A stretch of DNA of 63,305 bases, filler included, from Phoronis australis (Eukaryota; Animalia; Phoronida): assembly GCA_002633005.1 (NCBI GenBank). It is 8 parts of 8 records of this genome, joined end to end, with 100 filler letters (N's around TTAATTAATTAA, not from the genome) between each part and the next. Parts side by side here need not be neighbours in the genome. Positions count along the whole stretch, not along the records: positions 5,300 to 27,590 come from NMRA01001173.1; 7 more parts are not named here. One strand, 5' to 3'. The position numbers were made by a program, and so were the translations under genes. The notes beneath the pieces are model-generated. The model saw only the letters and a list, made by a program, of their open reading frames with translations, was not told the origin of the DNA and did not search any database. Positions 13,821-27,590 of the stretch are shown here, piece after piece (the first letter of the stretch is position 1; every line of letters begins with the position of its first letter).

Positions 13821-14640
13821 ATTAATTGTGCGCGCGCTTCCGTCGTCACTTCTGAAGTAGCCAAGCATTTTAGATGGATTCACCGCTGACAGAGCAGTTC
13901 TATAGCTGATTTCTTTAGGTAACTAGCTTCTTTACTCTAAGATATATTTTGATTTGATTAGTGGAAATACTGCGGTGCCGCAACCTGATATTCAGGCGAA
14001 TTGACGTGCAACGTTTTTAGCTCATCTGTCATGCCGTATCATTCTATTACCCTCCACACGTTTGTAACTGATGTATAGTAAAGTTGTCTTGCGCAATATC
14101 ATACAGTGTACATGCACATGCAATATTTTTGAAAAAAAAATCTTTTTCCAAAGAATTGCTATTTTGGCGGGCGATCTTTAGCGACGGCTTTCGGCGCCAT
14201 GAAATATTGCATCACCTAATGGCCAGTTTCTTTTTTCGCCGATTCTTCAATCAACTGCTGTTCTTTCACGAGCTTGCGTACACTTCACAACGAATTATTG
14301 GAACTGGTTTCATTTCGTTACAAGTTTTTAGAATTTTGATACCGAAAAACCGAATTTCAGAAGAAATTAATTTTTGCTTCTCCGAAGTTGTCGCGAAAAT
14401 TTAGGAAATGGCGCGTGCGCATGCCACGAGCGCATTGTTTTCAAAACGACGGCATACTTTTCATTGTTAGAAAAGGCGGAGAGTTACGCAAGAAAATGAC
14501 GTTTATTGCATTGTTTTTCACTTAAACGGCTGTAACGGGCAAGGTGAGTATCGGTTGATTCTCAGAATTTGCATGCACCCCGTCCGGTCTTTAGCTTTAC
14601 ATTTTGATACAAGTTTCACGGCGCGGTGACGAGTAGAACT
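13821..14640. repeat. Composite interspersed repeat: 13821-14170 matches ~9884-10250, 14170-14640 matches ~17090-17570 and partly ~53050-53290
   Basis: Shared strings ATTAATTGTGCGCGCGCTTCCGTCG, GCGATCTTT..GGCTTTCG.CGCCATGAA and GCAAGGTGAGT. Confidence 0.7.
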
Positions 14641-15945
14641 ACCCTGGCTGCGTGCAATTTCGGGGTCTACGGAATAAATACACACAGTGGTACCTAGCTG
14701 TATTTTGACGACAGTCTTCATACAGCTAGCTGCCTGGCTACCGGCGAGTAGGATTTATCAGTTACACGCTTGGGCCCGTCCTAAAATATTGACTTGGCAT
14801 TGCGTTTTATTTGAGTACAACTTGTTCAATAGACGGTTCATTTTTACGACTCGGAAAAAAGTGCGCCATCTGATGAGCAGCAGAAAAATTACTACCCGGA
14901 AGATATTCACCTTTACAAGAACAGTGCTCCCCGTGGGTCTTCGGTATTTAAAAGGTATGGTTAGCAATAACATTCAATCAAGTATGATTTTTGGGTTGCC
15001 TCGTGCTACTATACGTTCCTATTTTTTGAACCACTTAACGTTACTAGGCGTCAAGCAGACATTACAGGACCGACAATTGCCATCGTTTTGAGGCCGTAAT
15101 TTCAACTTTAATTGTAAAGTTCTGATCACCAGCCGAAACAATTTTAGAGTAATTCAGATTTCGAGCTTTGAACATTTTAAGGATCTTGATGACATCGTTA
15201 TTTGTTTCGCATAAATCTTTAAAAATTTGTTAGTTTGTTAATTGGAATGTGACAGTAATGGCGAACAGGACGACCGATATCAGCAAACTGAAGGTTTCAA
15301 TTGAAACATGCAGGACACACAAGTCGCTGTCCACAAATGTTTTAATATATATGTACTCTAAAAAGGCTCAGCTTTCACATGTATTATGTCACTTTTCTGA
15401 TTGATGTTGCGCCGTAAAAGAAATAACGATCAAATGAAGGGCATTTCCACCAGTTACACAGCTTGACTCAGATGGGTTGAAAAAGTAACACAAATAGCTA
15501 AATTGCGAATACGATTCAATTATTATTTTTACATTTTCACGTGGACACAATATGTGTTGATTCAGTATGTCATTCTAAGTTCCCGTTAATTTGTCGTTGT
15601 TGCACAGTGACGGAACAACTATGCTAAAATTTGATGGTTTCCAAAGCCATTAACCACCCAAAAATTTCGAGGGGCCAGCTTTCTGTGAAGACGTTACATA
15701 TTTCCACCTAAGAGTAAAACTAAGCTATATTTCAAAAAATCCGTGATATGTCATGTTCCCGCATCTGCCTGACTTTCTCATGCAGTGACTCTTAAAAACT
15801 AAAGTTCACACTCTGTAATAAAAAGAACAACAGAATTTATTACCCTAGGCAACACAGCAAATTATTCAATATCTAAACAAACTTAAAGTTTGGATATTGA
15901 CTGCGTTCTGCTATGTTGAAAATGGGCCAAAAAGGCTAACAAAAT

Positions 15946-16785
15946 GTAGTGTACGTACCCCCATGTGGAATTCAGTAACACAAATGGTTATTGCAAATGA
16001 AATTGTTGTCTTTTAAATAACAACTTTGCAAATGCCAATACAACACTATGTTAGCATGTGAAGCAGAAACAGTGATTTAGTGTACGTACCCCTTTTGTAG
16101 TGTACGTACCCCCATGTTTACAAATACCATGAAATTAAAATATCACTTGGTAAGTGAGCAACATTGGTCATAGACAGTTTCCTTCCATAAAAATGTCAGG
16201 TTGAAAGGTTGTTTATTGTAAATACATTTGATTTTGAGTGATTAAATATTAGCATCCTGTAGTGTACGCACCCCCATAATTTAATTTGTGCCTATTTTCA
16301 AAGTATGGCAGATTTGCACATGAATGCTGTGCTTTTTATTCTTTCTCTTTGAAGTGACTTAGTAAATCAACTAACTCTCAGTGGATTCTTAGTATTTAGT
16401 TACAAACCTGACCTGTCATTTAAATGTAGTGTACGTACCCCTGTTTAGTGTAGGAATCACGACGTGAACAAATACCACGAAACCAACATTTGACAGAGAT
16501 AGTTCAATCCTTTAAAATGCTAGGTTAAAAGGGTGGCCAGTATAAATGCATTTGTTTTGAGCGAAATATTAGCATTTGTGTCGTGTACATATGTTTATGT
16601 TTTAACATGTGCCTGTTTTCAAAGAATAACAGAGAGATATACACATTCATGCTGCACTTTTTACATGTATTTGTTCTCTTTGAACAGATTTGGTAATTGG
16701 ACCCTCAGTAGATTCTAAGTATTTTTTTTTAAACCTAACAAGTCATTGAAATGTAGTGCACGTACCACTGTGTAGTGTACGTAAC
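15946..16785. repeat. Degenerate tandem repeat (~330-bp period) with recurring TAGTGTACGTACCCC motif
   Basis: Motif copies near 15947, 16078, 16098, 16260, 16427, 16446 (partial), 16754 and 16773; spacer sequences are also similar. Confidence 0.75.
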
Positions 16786-18038
16786 TTCAACCTCTGTGCT
16801 TTAAAGTATTGCCCACAAGTATTTTTACCTACTGCTGTTCTCATGAATTATATTGATATCTCCAGAATGCATTCAGTCTGACAGAAAACAATGGACATTT
16901 ATTTATTAAATGCGTGGGCAACAAAATGGACAGGACTTGGCTATAATACCCAAGAAGACCCGGCATGTGACAACTGATGTTGTAGAGGCAGCATCTCTAT
17001 CTCTAACTAACCAGATAAAACCTGAGAGAAAATTAGTGTTATTAAAAAATACACCCTTCCCAGAGTAAACTAAATTATTTACAGATTGCAGTGCGATCTT
17101 TTGCGTTGGCTTTCGACGCCATGAACTATTGCGTCACCTATTGGCCGCCGATTCTTCAATCAATTGTTATTCTTTCACGAGGTTGCGTACACGTCACAAC
17201 AAATTATCGGAACTGGTTTCTTTTCGTTATAAGCTTTTAGAGTTTTGATACCAGCCAACCGAATTTCAGAACAAATTTTGCTGCTGCTAAGCTGTCATCC
17301 TCTCTAAGCTGCCATCATCTCCCGAGAGATTTCCCAAAAATTGGGAAACGGCACATGCATGTGTCACGAGCGTACTGTTTCCAAAACAAATAGTTATTTG
17401 TTACAAAAGGCAGAGAATTGCTCAAGAAAATGACGTTCATTAGATTATTTTTCACTTAAACAGCCGTACGGGGCAAGGTGAATGTCGGTTGACTCCTAGG
17501 CTTTGCCTGCCTCCCGCCGGTCTTTAGCTCTGCATGTTGGTACAAGTTTAATGGCGAGTTGACGAGCAGAATTATTGTGTTGTCCTCCAAGCTGTATCAC
17601 CTTTGCATGTAGCTTAATGAAGAATTCAGTGCATTGTAAGTATTAACACTATAAGCGCATCCTCGATAAGAAATTAATCGAAGATATCACACACTATTTA
17701 ACTGAAAGCGAAAATTGGTATTCTGATCCCTCTAATCAAACATCTATTGACAAGCAATGATACTAGTTGGGTGGCGGACCGATTGCGACTACATTAGTAC
17801 ACTTCATCAGGCGTCGTGTATGTCTCATTGTAATTTACAAAGGAAGCTTCGGAGACCATACCACGGAAACTGTAACACAAAATCCGCATTGAAAGCTGCA
17901 GAAGAGCGTGGTCAACACATCTACAGCACGTGTATTTGCGTGCAATTATTACGCCGATAAGTATAGATTTTGGTAGAGAGGAAACAGTCGATCACGGTGC
18001 GAGTTCTGAGCATCAGCTGTACAGGCAAGAGACGAAAT

Positions 18039-18192
18039 CAGGGGCGGATCCAGGATTTTGAGTTGGGGGGCATGGCAGAGTATTAGCCAGGATTTTGCCC
18101 GTCAGACATTCGCACCCCCATCTGACAAATGTAAACTGGGAGAATTTTAGGGATGCCATAGCCCCCTTGGCCCCCCTCTAAATCCGTCACTG
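18039..18192 (+). mobile_element. 154-bp hAT-like MITE with 5-bp TSD GAAAT
   Basis: GAAAT|CAGGGGCGGATC...AATCCGTCACTG|GAAAT. Confidence 0.85.
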
Positions 18193-18338
18193 GAAATGCT
18201 ACCTGGACTCCCACTTAGAAGTTTGCCAAGTGATTTTTCCTTAAATAATGAGTAATTCAGTCAAAAACTCGAAACTAGTGTTGTCTTGTGATAGACGGTA
18301 GATATATCGTCCGGATACATTTACCTACATGTATGATC

Positions 18339-19793
18339 GTCAGGCTCCAATGGTCGTCCGCCATCTTGTTTCGCGTACAGTGCAACCACGCGGGACTTAG
18401 CGTTTCAATTTTGAGTGCTCGTCTGCTTGTTAGATACTAACCTCTCGGGAAAAACACGCATCGAAGAAATGAGAAGAAAATCGGTGCATTTACCGACTGT
18501 TTTTTGAAACCACTTAAAAACTTGTAGATTTTACTAATGCACTTTTTTGATTTTCAGAAGATATTTTCGAAATTAATTTTTCCTCATACGGGACGAAGTA
18601 TAACCCAGGGTTTGTTTATGCAATGTATCTATTTGTCACAGGCACTAACTGACTGTATGGTCACAGGAAAAACGCAGCACACAGATGCAACTCACTGGGA
18701 GCTTAACAGTTTCTGCCCCCACATTTGTCATCACAACATTATCCAGGGCTGAGTTGCATAAAGCTTCAAAAGTTATCCGCTGGATAAGTTTGATTGTTGC
18801 ATGACGTCAGGTGCATTGTTCAACAATAACAACGCGACGGGTGGTAATGCGACTTCATTGGTGCTATACGGTGTATCACGTTTATAAAACTGGGCCCTGA
18901 TGTTTTTTATCTCAAAACACAGTGCAGAGCTCAACATTAATGTTGACATTTTTGGTTTAGGCATTTTGGATTTATTTGAAGAAAATTAAAATACTAAAAT
19001 TGATAGAGAAAGGTCCACAATAAAATAAAACATTAACTTTATTTCACTGTATTGCATTGGTACATACTGTACAACACAGAATTACATAATTTAACATAAA
19101 CATAATAGATTGAGCAATAAAACGCAAATGCAACTTGGGTATTGATTCATTTATTTCTGATTGTAGAAGTCTGCTAAAGGTGAGAAAAAATGTTCAAACA
19201 AGATGACATTGGATAATTTATTAGAGCAACTGTATGGAGGTTCTAATGATCAACTTCTGCCCACCAGGTCTCGAAGGGTTACAGTTGTGTTTTGGCTGGC
19301 AAGGTGTTAACAAAGAATGAAGAAATACTGAAAAGAAAAAAGACAGCAAAGTTACCAGTTGTTGTAAAAGTGTTTGCATGTTATCTATTGCTTAAATTTC
19401 AAAAGTATTTATTTTCCTTAACTGAAATTCTGATCCAATTTTAATCGATTTAAAAATCGATGTTATACCAGTACGACAGTCTGTGGTTGAACTAAATTTT
19501 TTGAAAACCAATTTCCACTATTTTGATGGCCTTTTTCTGCGTGTTTTTCTTTTCTTACAAAAGCCAGCAGCATATGACGATCATAGTAGTCATCACAAAA
19601 TGGCTGCCGAAGAGCAGCGTACAGCTGAAACAAATCGGCATCAATTAAACAAAACTTTCGAATCAACGAATTCTGCGTATGTTTGAGAGTTAAATCAAAT
19701 ACCATTCAAAACGTTACTTTGAAGTTTAATAATTCGGTGAGTGCGACAACAAGCCGGTTTTGTACTTAGGCGGACGACCATTGGTTTCCCGAG
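18339..19793. mobile_element. Non-autonomous TIR DNA element, copy 2 (paralogue of 8219-9558)
   Basis: CCAATGGTCGTCCGCC and GGCGGACGACCATTGG form a perfect 16-bp inverted pair; body colinear with copy 1. Confidence 0.7.
18746..18897. mobile_element. ~150-bp Harbinger-like MITE nested in copy 2
   Basis: GGGCTGAGTTGCATAAA and TTTATAAAACTGGGCCC are imperfect TIRs with CAG/CTG-type flanks; absent at the homologous site of copy 1 (~8642). Confidence 0.65.
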
Positions 19794-20411
19794 TATGTTT
19801 TCTGTAAGGTAACTATCGCTTTGACATCAAGACTCCATGTGATTGATGTCGGTACAATATTATCTAACAGATATGGATACGAGCTGATTCAAAAAGACCG
19901 AGCTGCGCAGCCCATAGTTCCTTGCCTTCGGTTTCTGCCAATTATTTAGGTGGAGAATGTGGATAACAACGAACATTTTCTGATGTTCTTTATCATAATA
20001 GCCTATATGCGAAGAATTTAAGCCAAGAGTATGAATAATGGTCTTGATTTTAGAGACAGTAATGCTATATGACATTTTCACATTTCATTTCATCCTCTGA
20101 TTTTCCATAGCTGACACTGGGTCATCAGCTCAGTCCCAGCAATAAACACAGACACAACCGATGACACGCACCTACGGTCAGCACACCAGATTGTCAAATA
20201 AGCATAGAAAGAATTTAGGGAAATCTTTGATTTTGTTGAAAATTTCTGATTGGCGCAATATTTGAATTTGAATTAGCTGTGACCTGTTAAACATCCTACT
20301 GAATCGAGGGCTTGAGGTTATATCAACTCCTCAGCGCTTTATCGCATGACATTGGCACTAGTCGGTGACACTTACTCAAGTTTCCCTAAGTCTCATCAAT
20401 AGCTTTAACTC

Positions 20412-20567
20412 CAGTGCTGTAGTGGGGCGTAGGCGTACGTAGGCGCAGCCAGCCACCTGTTGGCAAATGAACGTAGCGCCTACGCAGCGTAAGTTCCGTT
20501 CAGTGCTCAAGGTAATACCGTGGGCTTTGGGCACCTACTTACCTCTTATTTTACCACTACAGCACTG
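20412..20567. mobile_element. 156-bp hAT-type MITE with perfect 14-bp TIRs
   Basis: CAGTGCTGTAGTGG ... CCACTACAGCACTG; 8-bp flanks TTTAACTC/TTTGTCTT match at 5 of 8. Confidence 0.75.
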
Positions 20568-23518
20568 TTTGTCTTCTAATTATCGCAATCATTTCTTGTG
20601 AAACCCAATACTTTTCTCATTAACCCACATACATTGGAGTGCCCAACTGAGCAACAACATGCTGCAACGTCTTTATTGTGTTTAAAATTCTGATGAAGAA
20701 AACATTCAGTCAGAGCACAGGAAGTCAGTCGCACCAACTACCTTCGCAACGTAAAGGATACCGCCCGGGAAGTTTTGTCAAACACCTCGGAAATAGATTT
20801 ATCGTTCTTTCGTGGACGGGAGTCCTTATGTCATCGGAGAGAAATTTACTTTGAGTCACGTACATTTCGTTTCCTTTCACTTCTTCAAAAATAAAAAATG
20901 TTCAGTTAGAGTTGAACTATAAATGTAATGGCTAACTAAGGTTTCTTATGTCTTCTTTTGAAAGAAACTTAATTTAATCTGATATCTCTCCAACTCCAAA
21001 AATACACATTCCAAGTACCATATTTCTCGGTGGACAGGTGATAATGACTAAAGTCTTATCGTTGAACATTCACTGTACGAATCACGATAGATAAACAAAG
21101 AATGATAATTACTGTCTAATTAGAAGGCATATCGGGTTCCGATCCTCTGCCTGGAAATTTCTGTAAATTCGTAATGCTTCTCAGACGCACTGCCTCAAAA
21201 TCACGCGACGGTAAACCTGCCGTTGTACCTTGAGAATTAGCTACATTTTAATGTTGTAACTTGTGCGTTTAGGGTCCGTTCTCCACGAGTTCTTCTCTAT
21301 TGGCCCACTTGTCTTATTCACGTACATTTAGTCACAATAGCTTTGTCAACCCCTTATAACACCCTATTAAGTAAACCTCAGGCCACAAATCCAGATTTTC
21401 GGGGGCATCCTTTTACCTCAAGGATTTCTTCTTCATTTATCCACCATTCCCGCCAAATTGTTTTTAAGGATCTCGAAACGTCCTCCTCTATTTTGTAACC
21501 TGGGAATGGACTTGTAGTGTGGATAGAGCCTCTGCATCACATCAACAACAATAGACATCCAAGACGCATACAACACATTTGTACAAAGTCGTTGAAAATT
21601 CCACTGTTTCTGAAACTGCACTTCGTGCAAAATTGGTTTTATACTCGACTGCATCCAAGATATTCCAGTTTACGAGGTTGACGCATAACGGTAATTCATA
21701 TCAAACTTTAGTGATTAGTTTGTTGTCGAGTAAAGCATCTGGTTTACTGGGAACATTGTTGGTAATATGGACGACAATTGTATAACATTTTTATATCTGG
21801 TTGGTGAGGATTTTTTATCGATCAGTTGCATATTTCAAATAATACAAAATTGACTTCCCATTTTATAAGAAATATAATTTAATAGATTTCTATCCGGTGG
21901 GGCACTTTTCCATCGTAGAGGTTGGTGGGGACATGTCACCTCGGGTGGGTATTATGCCATGTCATTCATTGTCTTTGATCAGTACATGCACGTGTATGCC
22001 GGCTACCTGGTATCACTTTGCATGGGTAAGCGAAAGAAATGAGATATTTCATCATTTGTTGCAGTCTTAAACTTTTCCCGGTCGCCCGGGTATTATATTA
22101 GACTGGATTCTGAATGTTCAACCCTTACCTATTATGCAGAATCGAACCCTGCCAAAGCCATTCATCTGAGAAATCGCGATCTATTCACTGAATAAGCAAA
22201 GAGTTAACCATTTCAGTCAACGGTATCGCATGCAACAGATTTTCTCTAGTTCGAATATTTCATAATCAAACTAACTGCATCACTTCGAGCACGCTATAAC
22301 AGTATGCTTTGGCAAGAAAAGCTTTTGAATGTTGATCGCGCAAAAAATCGGTTTGCAGCCAGCGCAAGGTTAACATTCAAGCGACCTCCCTATTTCAAGT
22401 TTACTGACTAATAAGCAACTTTCGCCATTTTACTGGGATAAGTACTGTTAACGTGTCGTCTACTGTGCAGCGACTGTGTAAGCGACAGTGGTTAAGTTTA
22501 GCGGGTAGCGGCCACAGGATGCACGGGATACGACGCACGAAAATCCTTGCGTCAATTTAGATATTAGTGTAAATTGCACGGTTATTGACCTATCGCCAGG
22601 ATTTTGGGTGACAACTGATTAATCAGATTGCAGCATTCTTGACACACCTCCGTTTCAAAATCGCCATCTTACCCGACAAACAACACGTTGCCGGGTAAGA
22701 CGTATTGTTTGTTTGTCCACATTTCGCAATGGGCCGAAGCTTGCGACAGGCCAGTTCCTTATCTCTGTGATTGCTTGGTCAAAACAACATAGAGCGGCGA
22801 TGTGAATATGAATTACGTTGAAAATTGCCACATGTTTTTAAGAACGAGTTTTGTGTTCAAAATGATCCGCCGTAAATCATTCAACCGAGTCCAGTATCCT
22901 GACGTGTTGTTGGAGAATATCACTGCATGATGCGGGTGAGAGTACGTCATTAGTGCAAAGGCCACCTATTTTCAGATTTTTTGTTTTCACCTTTACAATG
23001 AATACTGCAACACTTTGTTTAGCGCAGATGAAGTTGAAATAGCGATCGTTTAGTGCCTGCTATACATTAGCAAAGTTAAAAGCATGGCATTGCATCTTTA
23101 AGGAACCCTCTTTCAGATGTGGTATTCTGTGGAATTTTAGCCGTTCACTATAAATGAGCTTGAATGGGCGTAGCCTACATGTATACGTAGCTATAACCCA
23201 TAGCTACGTGACAAAGTTAAACCTTGTTTGAAATAAGGAAATTGTCATGAAATTTCGATGGATGTTTCTGCGTATTCGGACTAATCTACATGTAGAATAG
23301 AAAGATTCACGCTAAAAACGTTATGTAGGTTTCCTTCACTGGTATTACGCTGCGCCTGTCTGGCATTTGCTAAATGGTCATTATCATGGTTCAAAATTAA
23401 TCCCTAAAATGAAAGAGGGCTAATTTTACTGAAGTCGCTTGCTTTTCAAATTATGAAAATTTCAGTCTTTGGTCATTCCACTTTGGTGTTATGATATGCT
23501 ACAGACATGTCTGTGACA

Positions 23519-24417
23519 TGTCATGTCCCAAGTATTCTTGATGTTAACATGCAGTTATTCTTAATTGTGCCCGTAATTACGTTGGTCCCCATGACATTAG
23601 TAATTAATTAGGCTAGTAATTATGATGGTATCACCTGTGGTAACGATGACGAACTACGACTCAGGCAGTTTAATTGCAATTCTATGCTGTCACCTTTTCC
23701 CCCGTGTGTGGGTGGGCGCAGGTTGTTATAGACCGGTGATAATAGCTTTCGGTGCGACGATTGACTGAAGACTGGTTCGAGTTAATCCTTTATTAATCCC
23801 GACCGTACGTTCACAAGCCTACTCAAACAAAACGTCCGACGTAATGTCTGTTTATGCTCCAGCCAGTGCAGCGAAGCCCTGACTTGTGACTAACTTCTGA
23901 GACACGTTCAGCAACTGTTACACTCGTCGATTCCATAACCTGCTGCCTCTATAGCTGGCTCACTCAGTTTGACTATCGCTGTAACTGCTGATTCTTTTCC
24001 CTGCAACTCAACTATAATTCTCCTGATTAACTTTCTTGAACTTACTTGATCTGACAAACACAAACCCGTGCTTGTGTATTTATAGCCTAATGCATTGTTA
24101 TGGAACTTTACATCAATTCAAGCATATTCTAGAACTTTCCTGAAACTACCCAACCATTCTACAACTATATAGTAGTCTCTAGAATATTCCAGACTGCATT
24201 AATCACTGTCATGCCAGAGTCTTCTAGAAAGTTCCACAAAATACTGCAGTAAACAAATTACATCATCACTACTTAACTCAGTCTACTAGAAAGTTCCATA
24301 CTATTCTGCAGTAAACAACTTACATCATCATTGTACTTTACTCAGGGTTCATGCCAATCAAACTGAAGAACAAAACAAAACAACACACAAATAATACTTT
24401 CAGACTATATTCTGACA
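23519..24417 (-). mobile_element. Probable solo LTR (Gypsy/BEL-like); left boundary uncertain
   Basis: TGTCA...TGACA inverted ends, repeated TCTAGAA/GAAAGTTCCA motifs, and on the minus strand TATAAATA (~24077-24084) followed by AATAAA (~23789-23794). No clean TSD. Confidence 0.45.
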
Positions 24418-26769
24418 TATGCTTTATCCTGTGAGTCTGTTATTACTTATTGGAGAACCTAACACAACGCGAGAGTGGTTTTGTCAAAGACGTTAACAAG
24501 ACTAATCTCATTGTCCTCCGCCATTATTGTGTGGTGGACCTTGGCTACATCTAGCGGGTGTGTGTGGGCCGACGAAATACACCAGGCGACGACTACGATG
24601 GCCGATTTTAGTTTGAGAAATACAGTATAGGCACAAGTGTGACTCAGTAATCAGAGGTCAGCAGGTGAAAGTAGGTTATTGGGGGGGGGNCCGAACCTCT
24701 AGAATTTTGTCCAGGAGGGTCAGGGAAGTAATAAACATACGGTAGATCTGCTGAAGAAGAGTTAGGAGCAAAACGGGGAGTAGGGCGCCCCTCAATCAAA
24801 ACCTTGTTGACGGAAATAGATTTTTGCCCCCTCAATATTCCAGGTGTTAATATCAATTAGTTAAATTAACAGATTCTCCCCCCCCCCAACCATCAACTGT
24901 GTCCTACGCCAATATTCTATACCTGCCCTCTTACGCAATACAAACACCGGTCCAGATCTCCAGAAATTCAAACCTTATGACATTCTACAATTAAGCAGGG
25001 GGAGGTCTGTGTGAAGTTACATAAACTAATCACAAATAGCGACTCAGCAGGGACAGAACCAGGATTTTTAAAAGGGGGGGTCAAAAATTTTTTAAGAAGT
25101 TTGGTCTCAGTCAACAATTTACAAATTCGCGTATTTGTTTTGCTATTTACTTACACTTATTATCTTCATTACGAGCTGACCTCTTTTGGCTTATGACGTT
25201 TTCTAATAAGCCCTCAATTCAGTCAAAATATTTAGGAACTAAGTCTTTAAATTCGGGGCGTTGCTCGAATTGATCCCTACTTATTTGCCATATTATTGAG
25301 AATTCGTCGTAGAAAACTCGTCAATTAACACGAAGTAGATTGAGGGAACATAGTTGAGTCCCTTGCAATCGGGCACTGGACCCCAAGCATACTGCAGAAA
25401 GAAATGAAAGAAGCATGAATGAGCGTAGAATAAACTTATCAGTAGTTCCCAAAATCATTCAAACCATTTACGATAATTTTCTGAATAAGTGATCAAATGC
25501 AGGGAACAGTAAAGACATTTAGTTCAAATCACCCTGTCCATCACTGGTTGACTTGCAACAGTTTCGCAAAAAAAGCCCTTTGTTTCAATCGTGAACATCA
25601 TCTATCTTATTCAGTGGGGAAGCGAAAAAGTATCAGCCACAAACTTTCAATTAACTGTTGCTGCAGCCGAAGGCAGGGCAAAAAGCACCGTCGTTTTGTA
25701 CCGACCGGAGCCGTCATACGTTGCTATATTTGTTTATTGCAAGGTGTCTCTACGGTACGTGAAACAACACTGTTCGCCAGTGGCCGTCCAAACCGATATC
25801 GCTAGATTCGTGTCCCTCTCTACGGTCTCTGATTACTTTTGAAGTTTATTTGAGGAGTGTTTGGATTTTTCTGGGTCACGGCTCTAAATTGTAGTGGTGG
25901 CACCTGTACGTGCGTGATGGGTACATGGATAACACAAAACGGCCGTAACACGCTTAGGCACCAGATGGGTACGATAAAACGAAAAAGTGGTTGCTAGTGT
26001 GCACCAATTCGATACACGATATTGGCCGACTGCTTAGTAATACGGCATATATATAACCAACAGCCAGTTGGGTACGGATACTGTCAAATGGACTAAAATA
26101 ATGCATGTACAGCACCAGACGGTTACACATAACCGCGAACCAGGCGGTAAAAACGGTGTTTACGCCGGTTCGGCATAGGCTGAGTGAGCAGACCAGCCGG
26201 AGTACGGTAACGTTTGGCAATTACCGTACCGTCCCTTGACCTCTTCACCTCGAACCGTCAAAGTAGGACTGATGCGTGGGCTTTTCGGAAACATTTTTGT
26301 GCTTTGACCGCGAATTTATTGCGATCTCGCTGGAGCAGGACACCGTGCATGGTATTAGAAGAAAGAACAATAATATTGCTAATGGTTTGTTGAATTCCTG
26401 TTTTGTGTAAATTTATTGAGTTTTGTTTTTGATATGGACGGATAAAATGAAGCACCCGTGGAACTCCTTGTCCCGAGTGTCATACATGTACCTTGTAGTA
26501 TTATATATATAGTGTATTGGGGACGATCAGGACGCCTGTGTGTTAAAAGTGCCACCGTTGATGACAGGTCCGGCGAATATGCCTAATGTAGCGTTGTTCT
26601 AGGACGTTGGATTTAGTAGCATCGAAAGGTTCACGTGTTGCTGGGAGGGTCGATTTTGCTGCTCGCGTAATATTGTCGCCGATAGTATCGGGTGTTGTCA
26701 TGGTCAATAACCTATTGGCTTCATTGGCTTTGAGCGGGATTTTTGCACTTGCAGTTGATGTAGCCTTAG

Positions 26770-27385
26770 TTTGCAGAATGTTGGACAGTGCTCTCTGTGC
26801 TGTGTCGTTGACGATGATGCATGGCTGCTCAAAATTGCTACATTTTTGTGTCCACTGAGCTGCACGATTGTGGTAAGTCAGGTATGCCAGCATGAAGGGT
26901 AAGGATGTTTGGTGGTCTTCATGATCGGTAGGCTTAAATAGCAACGGGACATCTTGACGAATATGACGGATGAGCAAATGCTTTTGGATTAAATGGTCTA
27001 ATGTCACTGCCAGTGCCGAACCTTGTATTCGTTTCCCTTTCGTTGAACTCTAAGTATTGTTGGTTGCCAGATTCGTCATCAAGCCACTGTATGTCTATCC
27101 ACTGTAGCTGGCGGCTTCATGTGAACCTCGAAAACCAAACAGTTTGGTATTTAAGAACCTTACTGTGTTGAGGAGTGCTTGTGGTGAATGTTTCCCAAGT
27201 TGACCGGTACCCACAACAGCTCTTCCTCCTCATCGTAATTCCACCCAGTTGTTTCGATTTCCTTCATCTTGTTGTTTCAAGTCACGCCTAGCTAAAAGCA
27301 CGTCTTTGGAAAGTTGGAATATGGTTGGGTCGTCTACTATGGTGACCGGGTAGCTAATTTCTTTCAGTTGTCGGTCATTGGCCCT
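26770..27385 (-). pseudogene. CryptonA / DUF3504 tyrosine recombinase relic
   Basis: Across frameshifts: DRQLKEISYPVTIVDDPTIFQLSKDVLLARRDLKQQDEGN...EEEELLW.GQLGKHSPQALLNTVRFLNTKLFGFRGSHEA.QLQWIDI...YLEFNERETNTRFG...PKAFAHP...RCPV...RP...LHAGIP..TIVQLSGHKNV. Confidence 0.85.
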
Positions 27386-27526
27386 GTAAGTGAAAAGGTG
27401 TTAGAGTTTCCGGTTCATATGGAGGTCCATCGGGCTTCGCCAATGCCATTAGAAAGCCCGCTACGAAGGTATCTAGCTCTTTCGGGGATATGTCCAGCAA
27501 ATTTCTGTTTTCATTCCCTTACAAAA

Positions 27527-27590
27527 ATGAACTTAAGTTTTTCGCTGAAAACTTAAGTTTTTGGCGAAAAAACTTAAGTTTTTGGAAAAT
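27527..27590. repeat. Short tandem palindromes (AAAACTTAAGTTTT), ~21-bp period, running into a gap
   Basis: Three copies visible before the N run. Confidence 0.7.

Noticed and set aside
21150-21810. Possible decayed coding region on the minus strand
   Set aside because: All frames contain stops and I could not recognise any domain.
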